From contig CAVUMN010000003.1 of assembly GCA_963742735.1 (NCBI GenBank), positions 864,001 through 928,000 on the forward strand: 64,000 nt of DNA, written 5' to 3'. This document shows, in pieces, positions 10,329 to 21,222 of the stretch (its first letter is position 1; every line of letters begins with the position of its first letter). The notes below the pieces were generated by a model. The model saw only the letters and a program-made list of their open reading frames with translations. It had not been told where the DNA came from and did not search any database. The stretch comes from an uncultured Actinomycetes bacterium (GTDB lineage: Bacteria; Actinomycetota; UBA4738; JBBDTT01). A program made the position numbers and the translations under genes.

Positions 10329-11883
10329 GGTCCCGGCACCTCCCACAGTTCGATGAACGGGTTGACGTAGTCCTCGGCGATCGGGATGACGCCGTCCAGG
10401 CCATGGCCGCCGTCGATCGGGCGGCTGGTGTCGGCGAACTCGCCGGCCTGGATGGCCTCGAACATCCCCATCGACTCGACGCGGCGCAGGTGCTCGACCG
10501 CCTCCTCCAGGACCCGCGTGGCCCGCGCCCGGATCTTCCCCTCGTGGGGCGGCCACCACTCGCCGGCCACGTTCTTCGCGGTGCGGATCATGTACCGGGC
10601 GTTCTGGATCGCCAGGTCGCGGTCCGAGAGGAACGGCGTGTGGATGCCCTCGGTCATCATCCCGATCAGCAGGATCTCCTGTTCGGTCAGCACGCCGGTC
10701 AGGTGGAACATGCCGTCCAGCAGGTAGCCGCGGAACACGTCGCCGGTCATGTGCTTGGTGGGAGGCATGTACTTGAGCGGCGCCTCCGGGAACAGCTCGC
10801 GGACGAGCTGCGCGTGGGCCAGCTCCAGGAGCCAGGCGTCGGGGACCTCGGGGTCGATCTCGAAGGCGTGGCCGAGGCCCAGCTGCCACGGCTCCAGCCC
10901 GGCGTCCAGGGCGAACCGCTCGTTGAGGAGCTGGCTGGCGACCACGGCCCGGGCGCCGGAGACCGCGTCCTGGGTGGTGAGGTAGTTGTCCTCGCCGGTG
11001 TTGATGATGATCCCGGCCCGCGCGTGAAGCATCCGCGAGAACCGCTGGTCGATGAACGTCCGGCGCATGTTGATGTCGCGGAAGATGATCCCGTACATGC
11101 AGTCGTTGAGCATCATGTCCAGGCGCTCGAGCCCGGCCATGGCCGCGATCTCGGGCATGCACAGGCCGCTGGCGTAGTTCGTCAGCCGGACGTACCGGCC
11201 CACCTCCTCGCTCACCTCGTCCAGGGCGCGGCGCATCAGCCGGAAGTTCTCCTGGGTGGCGTAGGTGCCGGCGAAGCCCTCGGTGGTCGCGCCGTAGGGG
11301 ACGTAGTCCAGCAGCGACTGGCCCGGTGGAGCGGATGACGGCGATCACGTCGGCGCCGGCCCGGGCGGCGGCCTTGGCCTGGGGGATGTCCTCGTGGATG
11401 TTGCCGGTGGCCACGATCAGGTAGATCCACGGCTTCTCGGGGTCGCCCAGCCGGCGGACCAGGTCCTCCCGCTCGCGGCGCCGCGCCAGGATCGTGGCGT
11501 CGGCCTCGGCCGCGGCCGTGCGGATCGTCGCGGCCACGCCGTCGTCGCCGGCCGGCATCCGCAGCTCGAGCTCGCCCGCCGGCCGCGGCCGCGCCGATCT
11601 GATGGATCGTCAGATCCCGGCGGGCCATCGCCTCGAACACCGGCAGGGCGGCCCCCCGCTCCAGCCCGACCTGCTCGCGGACCGCGTCCACCACCAGGTT
11701 CGGGTACGGGCGGCTCTCCACGCCCTCGCCCACGGCGCCGTCCAGCCCGAGCAGGCGCAGCGTGGCCCGCTCGATGGCGACGGTGGTGTGGACCCGGCAC
11801 ATCGCGTCCACCGGCTTCGCGATCCGCCGGGCCAGCTCACGCGCCTCGTCCACCACGCCCTGGTCCAGGTCGAGCTTCTTCAC
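10325..11883 (-). CDS. kamD: Lysine 5,6-aminomutase alpha subunit (apparent frameshifts near 11580 and 11325)
   Basis: HTTVAIERATLRLLG, YLIVATGNIHED, IAVIRSTG, NYASGLCMPEIA, NTGEDNY, KYMPPTKHMTG, spread over three frames. Confidence 0.87.
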
Positions 11884-13395
11884 CGCGCGTACACCTCGCG
11901 CCCCTGCGACACGGTGAGGACCGGCAGCAGGCCGCGGACGTCGGCGACCTCGTACGGGTCCGACTCGTAGGCGACCAAGTCCGCGTGGGCGCCCGGATGC
12001 AGCCGGCCCTTCTTCGACTCCAGGTGGGCCAGCCGGGCGGCGCCCAGGGTCCCCATCCGGATGGCCTGGGCGCGGGTCAGGCGCTCGCGCCGGTTGTGGT
12101 GGTTCTCCAGGGCCCACACGGTGAGCATCGGGTCGAGTGAGGTGACCGGGGCGTCCGACCCCGAGCCCACCTCCAGCCCCCGTTCCAGGAGCGTGCGGAA
12201 CGGGTTCATCGTCGCCGCGCGCCCGGCGCCCAGGCGCGTCGCGTACATCGCGTCGTCGCCGCCCCACTCCGCGTCGAACGTCGGCTGGACGCTGATCGCC
12301 AGCCCCAGGGCCGCCGCGCGCTCGATCTGTTCGGGCCGGACCACCTCGAAGTGCTCCACCCGGTGCCGCCGCGCCCGGAAGTGACGGCGCAGCCGGGAAT
12401 CGAGCGCGTGGTAGACGCGCTCCCACACCCGCAGGGCCTGGTCGACGGCGGCGTCGCCGATCGCGTGCACGCCCACCTGCGCGCCGGCCAGGTGGGCGTT
12501 GTGGAACGACTCGGCCAGCTCGTCGTCCTCGTGGTAGAGCACGCCGGTGTCCTCGCGGTCGGCGTAGGAGCTCGACATGGCCGCCGTGCCGGCGCCGATC
12601 GAGCCGTCCAGGAACAGGTCGCCCCCCAGCCGCATCACGCCGTGGTCGAGCGCGTAGGGGATGTCGATCTCGCCGAAGTACACCGCGACGTAGGTCGGCA
12701 GCCGCGTGAGCTGGCCCATCAGGACCTCGAACTCGCGACGGCCCCGCTTCGCGGGGATGGACATCTCGTGGACGCAGGTCACGCCCATCCGGGCGGCCAC
12801 GGCCGCGCCGTCCAGCTGGGCCTCCTCGATCTGCTCGTCGGGCAGCGACTCGAACCACCATCGCTGCAGCGCGGCGTTCGCGTCGGCCGCGACCAGGCCG
12901 GTGGGCAGGCCGTCGTCATCCCGGCCCGCACCGTCCAGGTCGAGCGCGCCCGAGTCCTTGAGCGCCGCGGTGTTGCCCAGCGAGATGTGCCCGTCGGCGC
13001 GCACCAATACCAGCGGCCCCGGCGACGCGGCGTCGAGCTCGGCCAGCGTGGGGAGCCCAGGGCGTGGCCCACTTCGTCTCGTCCCAGCCCTGGCCCAGGA
13101 CCCGCCCCCCCTGCCGCGCGGCTGAGGCCTCACGCACCGAGCGCAGCAGGGCCTCCGCCGACCTCGCCGGGGAAAGATCCAGCCCCGACGCCTTGATCCC
13201 CGTGCCGGTGAGGTGGACGTGGGCGTCGACGAAGCCCGGCAGGATCGTGGTGCCGGGCAGGTCGACCACCCGGTCGGCGGCCGGCGGCTCCCCCGTCCCC
13301 ACCCGCTCGACGTGGCGCTCGTCGACCAGCACCCACTCCGCCCGGCCGGGCTCCCCGTGGGTGTGCACGCGCGACGCGCGGTACAGGGACTTCAC
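11880..13395 (-). CDS. Amidohydrolase_3 (YtcJ-like) metal-dependent hydrolase (frameshift near 13065)
   Basis: PGFVDAHVH, GQGWDET, RADGH, FLDGSIG, HAIGD, HRVEH, GSDAPV. SD AAAGGAG lies upstream. Confidence 0.82.
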
Positions 13396-13437
13396 GCTGA
13401 AGAACGCTCCTTTGCGCAGGTCAGAGGGGTGATTGCC

Positions 13438-13483
13438 CGATTGTAAGCCCGGAACTGCGCCGGCATCGTTCAACCTACAATCG
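13438..13483. promoter_or_regulatory. Divergent promoter region with two inverted TACAAT -10 boxes (amidohydrolase-kamDE and hisD)
   Basis: CGATTGTA (13438-13445) and TACAATCG (13476-13483) form an inverted repeat. The plus-strand TACAAT is 7 nt before the hisD ATG. Confidence 0.55.
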
Positions 13484-13488
13484 TGCAC

Positions 13489-14764
13489 ATGTTGCCCACC
13501 GAGGACCTTCGGTCGGGCGCGCTGTCTTCGCGCGCGCACGCGCCGCGGACGAGCCGCGCTACCGCGCCGAGGCGCGCGCGATCCTGGACCGCGTGCGCGA
13601 CGGCGGCGACGCCGCTCTGCGGGCGCTCACGCTCGAGCTGGACGGCGCGGACCTCGCCGAGACCCGCGTACCCACGCCTCGATCTCCAGGTCGCGCAGGC
13701 CTCGGTGCCCGAGGTGGTGCGGCTGTCCATCGACGCCGTCGCCGTCCGTCTCCGGGAGCTCTCCGCCCGGCAGCTTCCCCGCGAGTGGGCCACCGACGAG
13801 GAGGGCGTCCGCTCCGGCGAGGTCGTCCGGCCGCTTCGCCGGGTCGGGTGCTACGTCCCCGGCGGGCGCGCCGCGTACCCGTCCACCGTGCTCATGACGT
13901 GCGTGCCCGCCCGCGCCGCGGGCGTGGAGGAGGTCGTCGTGTGCACCCCGCCCGGCCCGGACGGCAGCGTGCACCCCGCCGTGCTCTACGCGTGCCTGGC
14001 CGCCGGCGCGTCCGAGGTCCACCGGGTGGGCGGCGCCCAGGCCGTCGCCGCCCTGGCCTACGGGACCGAGTCCATCGCCCCCGTCGACCGGATCGTCGGC
14101 CCCGGCAACGCATGGGTCACCGCGGCGAAGGCGGAGGTCGCCGCCGAGGGGGTCGTCGCGATCGACGGCCTGGCCGGGCCCACCGAGCTGGCGCTGGTCG
14201 CCGACGCGTCCGCCGTCCCGGACTCGATCGCCGCCGACCTCATCGCCCAGGCCGAGCACGACCCGCTGGCCGAGGCCACGCTCATCACGTGGGACGCGGC
14301 CCTGATCGACGCCGCGCGCGAGGCGCTGGAGCGCCGGGCGCCCGCGCGTCGCCGCAAGGCCGATCCTCGCCGAGTCGCTCCCCAACGCCCGGGCGGTGCT
14401 GGTCCGCGACGAGGAGCAGGCCGCCGAGGTGGCCGACGCGATCGCGCCCGAGCACCTGCAGGTCGTCACCGAGGATCCCCAGGCGTTCCTGAAGCGGGTG
14501 CGCTCGTTCGGCGCGGCCTTCCTGGGGCCGTACACGCCGGTCTCCCTGGGGGACTACGGCGTCGGGGTCGAACCACGTCCTGCCCACGCTCGGGACGGCG
14601 CGGTTCGCGTCGGGCCTGCGGGCGTCGGACTTCGTGACGGTGTCCTCGGTGGTCGAGGCCAGCCGTCGAGGGTCTGGCCGCGGCGGCCCCCGTGGTCACG
14701 GAGCTGGCCCGCGCCGAAGGCCTGGAGGGCCACGCGGACGCGGTGGAGGTGCGCGCTCGAATGA
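13489..14764 (+). CDS. hisD: Histidinol dehydrogenase (several apparent frameshifts)
   Basis: VRDGGDAAL, GCYVPGGRAAYPSTVLM, GGAQAVAALAYG, GPGN, QAEHD, APEHLQ, GDYG, AEGLEGHA. Confidence 0.88.
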
Positions 14765-15828
14765 AGCCGCCCCTTCGTCCCGACCTGGAGTCGCTCGCGC
14801 CGTACCGCGCCCCCCAGCCGGAGGCGCCGGTCCGGCTGAACACGAACGAGTGCCCGTACCCGCTCCCGGAGGCCTTCGCCGCCGACCTGGCCGAGCGCGG
14901 TCCGCGGCGATCGCGTTCAACCGCTACCCCGACCGCGACGCCACCGCCCTGCGCAAGGCCCTCGCCGAGCACGCCGGCGCACCCGTTCGAGGGCGTGTGG
15001 GCCGCGAACGGCTCGAACGAGGTCCTCGAGCAGCTGCTCCTGGCCTACGGCGGCCCCGGCCGGCGGGCGGCGCTGTTCACCGCCGACCTACGTGATGCAC
15101 GCCCACCTGGCCCGGGTCTGCCTGACCGACGCCGTCGAGCGTGCCCCTCGACGAGGGCTACCGGCTGAGCGAGACGCCACCTCGAGTTCGTTCGCCGCGA
15201 ACGGCCCGACGTCGTCTTCGTGTGCTCGCCGAACAACCCGACCGGCAACGCCCAGGACCCGGCGATCGTCGAGGCGCTGTGCCGGGAGGCGCGCGGGCTG
15301 GTGATCGTCGACGAGGCGTACGCCGAGTTCGGCGGGCGGTCCGCGCGCGAGCCTGGCCGGCTCGCTGGACAACCTGGCGGTGGTGCGGACGTTCTCGAAG
15401 GCGTTCTCGCTGGCCGCCGCGCGCCTCGGGTACGTGCTCACCACCCCGGAGATCGTCGAGGACCTCCAGCGCGTGCCGGCTGCCGTACCACCTGTCCGCG
15501 CTCACCCAGGCGGCGGGCGAGGCCGCGCTGCGCCACGTCGCCGAGGCCAACGACCTGCTGGACGCGATCCGGGACGCAGCGCGACCGGATCCTGGCGGAG
15601 CTCGACGGCGATGGACGGCGTGACCGTCCACCCCACCGACGCGAACTTCGTGCTGTTCCACCCCGGCGCGTCCGGCCGCCGAGGTGTGGCACGGGCCTCC
15701 TCGAGCGCGGCGTGCTGATCCGGGACTTCTCCACCTTGCCCGGGACCGAGGGCTGTCTGCGGGTCACGGCGGGCACCCCGGAGGAGACCACGGCGTTCCT
15801 GACCGCGCTGCGCGAGGTGCTGGCGTGA
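14761..15828 (+). CDS. hisC: Histidinol-phosphate aminotransferase (several apparent frameshifts)
   Basis: LNTNECPY, NRYPD, NGSNE, CSPNNPTG, DEAYAEF, RTFSKAFSLAAARLGY (PLP lysine). Confidence 0.87.
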
Positions 15829-16406
15829 GCCGGTTCGCGCGCGTCGTGCGCGAGACGAAGGAGACGAACGTCGCCGTCGACCTGGAGCTCGACGGGACCG
15901 GCACCGCCTCGGCGGACACCGGGCTCCCGTTCCTGGACCACATGCTCGAACAGCTCGGGAAGCACGGGCGGTTCGACCTGACCGTGGTCGCGAAGGGCGA
16001 CCTGGAGATCGACGCCCACCACACCGTCGAGGACGTCGGCATCGCCGTCGGCCAGGCGCTGGCCGAGGCCCTCGGCGACAAGGCCGGGATCCGCCGGTTC
16101 GGCGACGCCACCGTCCCGCTGGACGAGGCGCGGGTCTCGGTCGCACTGGACCTGTCCGGGCGGGCGCACGTGGAGCACGACGTGCCGGTCCCCGCCGAGA
16201 TGATCGGGACCTACGACCCCGGGCTGACCGAGGACTTCGTCCGCGCGTTCGCCACCACGGCGGAGATGACCCTGCACGCCACGCTGCACGCCGGCCGCTC
16301 GCCCCACCACGTCGTCGAGGCCGAGTTCAAGGCGCTGGCGGTCGCGCTGCGCGAGGCCGTGTCGGTGATCGGCGGCGGGACGCCCTCCACCAAGGGGGTG
16401 CTGTAG
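15825..16406 (+). CDS. hisB: Imidazoleglycerol-phosphate dehydratase
   Basis: RETKET, PFLDHML, DAHHTVED, HHVVEAEFK, PSTKGVL. Confidence 0.95.
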   Translation: MSRFARVVRETKETNVAVDLELDGTGTASADTGLPFLDHMLEQLGKHGRFDLTVVAKGDLEIDAHHTVEDVGIAVGQALAEALGDKAGIRRFGDATVPLDEARVSVALDLSGRAHVEHDVPVPAEMIGTYDPGLTEDFVRAFATTAEMTLHATLHAGRSPHHVVEAEFKALAVALREAVSVIGGGTPSTKGVL

Positions 16407-16408
16407 CC

Positions 16409-17016
16409 GTGCGGACCATCGGGGTCCTCGACTACGGCATGGGCAACCTTCGCTCGGTGACGAAGGCACTGGAGCACGTCGGCGCGTCCTCGCGACTCAT
16501 GGATCGCCCGGAGGAGGCCGAGGAGCTCGACGGGCTGGTCGTCCCGGGCGTGGGCGCGTTCGGCGCGTGCATGGAAGGCCTCCGCGCGCGGGGGCTCGAC
16601 GAGGTGATCCGGGCGTTCGTCGCCGCCGACGTGCCGGTCCTCGGCGGTGTGTCTGGGGATGCAGGTCCTGTTCGAGTGGAGCGAGGAGGGCGATGTCGAG
16701 GGCCTGGGGATCCTTCCCGGAAAGGTCCGCCGGATCCCGGCCGGGGTGAAGGTCCCGCACATGGGGTGGAACGAGGTAGCCTGGAGCGCGCCCGCACCCG
16801 GTGACCGCGGGCGTCCCCGACCGGACGCGCACCTACTTCGTGCACTCCTACTACTGCGAGGCGCCCGCCGAGCTGGTGGTCGGCGAGACCGAGTACGGGC
16901 TGCGGTTCGCGTCGGTCGTCGCCCGCGACCTGCTGATCGCCACGCAGTTCCACCCGGAGAAGTCCGGCGAGCCCGGACTGGAGATCTACCGCGCCTTCGC
17001 GCAGGGCGCCCGTTGA
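16409..17016 (+). CDS. hisH: Imidazole glycerol phosphate synthase, glutaminase subunit (apparent frameshifts)
   Basis: DYGMGNL, PGVGAF, CLGMQ, PHMGWN, YFVHSY, QFHPEKS. Confidence 0.9.
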
Positions 17017-17725
17017 TCCTGCTGCCCGCGATCGACGTCCAGGGCGGGACGGTGCGTGCGCCTGCGTCCGCGGCGACCCCAACAGCCGCCGCGTCTACGG
17101 CGACCCGGTCGAGATCGCCGCTCGCCTGGCCGGCGACGGCGCGCCGTGGCTGCACGTGGTCGACCTGGACGCGGCGTTCGGCGACGGATCGAACGAAGCC
17201 ATCATCCGCCGCGTCGTGGCGGCGGCGGAGGTGCCGGTCCAGGTCGCCGGGGGGATCCGCTCGACCGAGGCGCTGTCGCGCTGGCTGGACGCCGGGGCCG
17301 AGCGCGTGGTGATCGGGACGAGCGCGGCGCTCGATCCGGACCTGCTGTGGGAGCTCACCTCGAACAAGGAGTTCGACCGAGTCGTCGTGGCCCTCGACAT
17401 CGCCGGGGACGGGCAGGTGCGCGTCAAGGGGTGGACCGAGAGCGCCGGCAAGCTCGAGGACGTCGCCGAGGGGTTCGTGCAGTCGGGGGTGGTCCGCTTC
17501 GCGGTCACCGCGATCGAGCGCGACGGAACCCTGGAGGGCCCCGACCTGCACCTGCTGACCCGGGTGATGGACCTCACCGGGCGTCCGGTCATCGCCGCCG
17601 GCGGCGTCGGGTCCGTGGGCGACATCCGCGACCTGGCGAAGATCGGCGTGGAGGGGGCGATCGTGGGACGGGCCCTGCTCGACGGACGGTTCAGCCTGGC
17701 CCAGGCCATCGAGGCGGCGGCGTGA
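17013..17725 (+). CDS. hisA: HisA/PriA ProFAR isomerase (frameshift near 17060)
   Basis: [42 protein letters not shown]. Confidence 0.88.
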
Positions 17726-18492
17726 GCCTCGCGGCCCGCGTCATCCCCTGCCTGGACGTCGACGCCGGACGCGTGGTCAAGGGCACGAAGTTCGTCGACC
17801 TTCGCGACGCCGGCGATCCCGTGGAGCTGGCCGCCCGGTACGACCGCGAGGGCGCCGACGAGCTGGTGTTCCTGGACATCACCGCGACCGTCGACGGTCG
17901 CGAGTCCACCTACGACGTCATCAGCCGCACGGCCGAGCAGGTGTTCATCCCGCTGACGGTCGGGGGCGGGGTCCGGGCCGAGGAGGACGTTCGGCGCCTC
18001 CTGCGCGCCGGTGCGGACAAGGTCGCGCTCAACACCGCGGCGGTGCGCGAGCCCGAGTTGCTCGCTCGGTGCGCGGAGCGGTTCGGCACCCAGTGCATCG
18101 TGGCCGCCATCGACGCGCGGAGGACCAACGGGTCGTGGGAGGTGGTCGTGGAGGCCGGCCGGACGCCCGCCGGACGCGACGCGGTCGAGTGGGCGGCCGA
18201 GGCCGCCGAGCTCGGGGCCGGGGAGATCCTGCTGACCTCGATGGACCGCGACGGGACCGGGGAGGGCTACGACCTGGAGCTCCTGCGGGCGGTGTCGGAC
18301 GCGGTGTCGGTGCCGCTGGTGGCCTCCGGAGGCGCCGGGACGAAGGAGCACTTCGCCGACGCCCTCCTGGACGGAGGGGCCGACGCCGTCCTGGCGGCGA
18401 GCCGCTTCCACTTCGAGGAGATCTCCATCGCCGACGTCAAGGCGCACCTGGCGTCGCGCGGCATCCCCGTCCGCGAGGCCGGCGCCGCGTGA
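17722..18492 (+). CDS. hisF: Imidazole glycerol phosphate synthase, cyclase subunit
   Basis: [36 protein letters not shown]. Confidence 0.96.
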   Translation: MSLAARVIPCLDVDAGRVVKGTKFVDLRDAGDPVELAARYDREGADELVFLDITATVDGRESTYDVISRTAEQVFIPLTVGGGVRAEEDVRRLLRAGADKVALNTAAVREPELLARCAERFGTQCIVAAIDARRTNGSWEVVVEAGRTPAGRDAVEWAAEAAELGAGEILLTSMDRDGTGEGYDLELLRAVSDAVSVPLVASGGAGTKEHFADALLDGGADAVLAASRFHFEEISIADVKAHLASRGIPVREAGAA

Positions 18493-18833
18493 GCGACACC
18501 CTCGCCGACGTCACCGACCCGGCCCAGCTCGTCTACGACGACCGAGGGCTGATCACCGCCGTCGTGCAGGACGAGGAGAGCCGGGACGTCCTGATGGTGG
18601 CATGGATGAACCAGGAGGCCGTGCGCCGGACCCTGGACTCGGGCCGGACGTGGTTCTTCAGCCGCTCGCGCCAGGAGCTGTGGCGCAAGGGCGACACGAG
18701 CGGGAACGTCCAGCACGTCCGGGAGGTGCGCTACGACTGCGACGGCGACACGCTGCTCGTGCTCGTCCACCAGGAAGGGCCCGCGTGTCACACCGGCGAA
18801 CGGTCCTGCTTCTACCGTACGCTCACGTCCTGA
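18489..18833 (+). CDS. hisI: Phosphoribosyl-AMP cyclohydrolase (monofunctional, no HisE domain)
   Basis: [31 protein letters not shown]. Confidence 0.94.
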   Translation: MSDTLADVTDPAQLVYDDRGLITAVVQDEESRDVLMVAWMNQEAVRRTLDSGRTWFFSRSRQELWRKGDTSGNVQHVREVRYDCDGDTLLVLVHQEGPACHTGERSCFYRTLTS

Positions 18834-19712
18834 TGCTGAAGCTCGTCATCCCCAAGGGGTCGCTGGAGGCCCAGACGCTCTCGTCTGCTGGCGGCGGCGG
18901 ACCTCACCGTGCGCCGCGGGTCCGAGCGCGACTACCACGGCACGATCGACGACGAGCGCATCGACCGCGTCTCGCTCCTTCGTCCACAGGAGATCCCCCG
19001 CTACGTCCAGGACGGGTTCTTCGACCTGGGCATCACCGGCCGGGACTGGGTCGAGGAGACGGCGTCGGACGTCGACGCGCTGGCCAGCCTGGAGTACGCG
19101 AAGAGCGGGACGGGCCAGGTCGTGCGCATCGTGCTGGCCGCGCCGGCGTCGGCGCCCTTCGACACGGCGGCCGAGATGCCCGACGGCGCGCGCATCTCCA
19201 CCGAATACCCCGAGCTCACCCGCCGGTTCTTCGAGAAGCTCGGCAAGAACGTTCGCGTCTACGAGTCCTACGGCGCGACCGAGGCCAAGGTCCCCGACAT
19301 CGTCGACGCGATCGTCGACGTGACCGAGACCGGCGGCACCATCCGCGCGCACGGGATGAAGATCGTGGAGACGCTGCTGGAGTCCGAGGTCCTGCTGATC
19401 GCGAACCGGGAGGCGGCCGCAGACGCGGAGAAGCGGACCGCGATGGACGACCTCACCACGCTGATCCTGGGAGCCCTGGCCGCGCAGGGCCGCGTGCTGA
19501 TCAAGCTCAACGTGGGCGAGGAGCGGCTGAAGGAGGTCCTGGAGTTCCTCCCCTCGATGAAGGCCCCCACCGTCAGCCCGCTCGCCGAGGAGGGGAACTA
19601 CGCGATCGAGACCGTGGTCGAGAAGTCGACCGTCAACCGCCTGATCCCGCAGCTGAAGGCGCACGGCGCCAGCGACATCCTCGAGCTGCCGATCAGCAAG
19701 ATCGTCCCCTAA
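18833..19712 (+). CDS. hisG: ATP phosphoribosyltransferase, long form (frameshift near 18880)
   Basis: IPKGSLE, LRPQEIP, DLGITGRDW, GATEAK, DVTETG, plus the C-terminal regulatory domain (PTVSPL..GASDILELPISK). Confidence 0.9.
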
Positions 19713-19715
19713 CCC

Positions 19716-19916
19716 ATGCTCCGGTACGCCCTGCCCGCGCTGACGCTGATCCTGTTCATCTGGGCCCTGGTCGACTGCCTGAAGGTGCCGGACGACTCGA
19801 TGTACCAGAACGCGAACAAGCTCATCTGGGTCATCGTGATCGTCCTGGTCCCGCTGATCGGCTCGATCGCCTACCTGCTGATCGGCAAGCCGCTGCCCCA
19901 GCGCTACAACCGCTAG
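19716..19916 (+). CDS. Small membrane protein, PLDc N-terminal-like
   Basis: Two TM helices with WALVDC...KLIWVIVIVLVPLIGSIAYLLIG. Confidence 0.75.
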   Translation: MLRYALPALTLILFIWALVDCLKVPDDSMYQNANKLIWVIVIVLVPLIGSIAYLLIGKPLPQRYNR

Positions 19917-19920
19917 CGAG

Positions 19921-20325
19921 CTACCCGGCCAGGAAGCTCAGGCGAATGGTCCGGCGGTTGTTCTCCCGGTTCGGGTCCACGACCACGATCCGCTGCCAGG
20001 TTCCCAGGACGACACGTCCGTTCTGCACGTCGAGCACCATGGACGGGCTCACGAACACCGGCAGCAGGTGATCGGCCCCGTGCCCGGTCGAGCCGTGGCG
20101 ATGGGCGTACCGGCCGTCGCGGGGCAGGAGCCGCTCCAGGGCCTCGTCCAGGTCGGCCTCGCTCCCCGACCCCGTCTCCATGAGCGCGACGCCGGCGGTG
20201 GCGTGCGCGACGAAGACGTGGAGCAGCCCGTCGCCCCCCGCAGCGCCAGCGAAGGCCTCGACGCGGTCCGTGACGTCCACGACGCGACGGTCGCGCGTGT
20301 CGACCTCGAAGGTCTCCGCACGCAC
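19921..20325 (-). CDS. yjbQ: YjbQ/UPF0047 family protein
   Basis: HATAG, HGADHL, LGTWQRI. Confidence 0.85.
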   Translation of the reverse strand: MRAETFEVDTRDRRVVDVTDRVEAFAGAAGGDGLLHVFVAHATAGVALMETGSGSEADLDEALERLLPRDGRYAHRHGSTGHGADHLLPVFVSPSMVLDVQNGRVVLGTWQRIVVVDPNRENNRRTIRLSFLAG

Positions 20326-20327
20326 CC

Positions 20328-21206
20328 CTAGACCCTCGGCTCGAGCGAGGTGAGCTCCGCCCGATAGTGCTCCAGGTACCGGGTGCGGCCCAGGACGCTG
20401 TCGGTCTCCAGGTCGTCGGCGGCCACCGTGACGATGGGGAGCCCCGTCGCCGCCACGAACCACATCTCGGACTCGCGCGTGCCGTCGGTGACCCCGCTGA
20501 ACGTGATGCTCACCCGGATGTGCAGCGTTCGCACGCGCGTCCCCCCGACCGACAGGAACTCGACGCCCACCAGCTCGCCCTCCGCGGTCCCCGTGGTGCC
20601 GTCGGTCCCGCTGCACACGCCCGACCAGGTCGTCCCGGCCTTCACGAGGCCCGGCGAGTACGTGCTGTCGTCGCCGCAGAAATACTCGCGCCGGTCGCTC
20701 TTGCCGAAGAACTGGTGGTACGTGACGATCTCGCGGATCTCCAGCCGATTGCCGTCCGGGCAGACCATCCACTCCTCCCACCGCTCCCCCAGCGCGTCCC
20801 ACCGGAAACGCACGCCGCATCCCTCGCGGGTGACGGTGATCGTCGTCTGGGCTGGATAGGTGTGTTCGCTGCCCCCCAGCACGCTGACCTCGTCCCCGCC
20901 CTCGGTGGCCAGGACGTAGACCCCCGGCGTGGGGAGCCCGGCGAGCGCCTCGGCCTCCGACGCCCCTTCCCGGAACCGGCTGACGGACTCGTCGATGGAG
21001 ACCGGCGTCGTCTTCGACCGGAGCTGCACGAAGAGCACCCCGCCGCCCACCCCCACGATCAGCGCGGTGACGAGCAGGATCCGCCGGATCAGCCGGGAGC
21101 GCTTCCGTCTCCGGCGCGCGTCGGGATCGACCGGCCCGAGCTCCAGCCGGTCGGAGAGCGGCGGCGATGTTGTCCTCGGGTGGGCGGTCGCGCGGCATCG
21201 GTGCAT
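20328..21206 (-). CDS. Hypothetical membrane-anchored, beta-rich extracytoplasmic protein (start uncertain)
   Basis: Basic patch plus one TM helix (ILLVTALIVGVGGGVLF), then a Cys-containing beta-rich domain. Confidence 0.6.
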   Translation of the reverse strand: MHRCRATAHPRTTSPPLSDRLELGPVDPDARRRRKRSRLIRRILLVTALIVGVGGGVLFVQLRSKTTPVSIDESVSRFREGASEAEALAGLPTPGVYVLATEGGDEVSVLGGSEHTYPAQTTITVTREGCGVRFRWDALGERWEEWMVCPDGNRLEIREIVTYHQFFGKSDRREYFCGDDSTYSPGLVKAGTTWSGVCSGTDGTTGTAEGELVGVEFLSVGGTRVRTLHIRVSITFSGVTDGTRESEMWFVAATGLPIVTVAADDLETDSVLGRTRYLEHYRAELTSLEPRV

Positions 21207-21222
21207 TGTGCCGCGCGCCGGC

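Noticed and set aside
14692-15168. Apparent HisD-HisC fusion
   Set aside because: One extra base near 14755 explains it. Removing it gives a stop overlapping the hisC ATG (ATGA), in a region full of indels.
10325-18900. Programmed ribosomal frameshifting in kamD or his genes
   Set aside because: The shifts are too many and scattered, with no slippery-site pattern noticed. Sequencing error is simpler.
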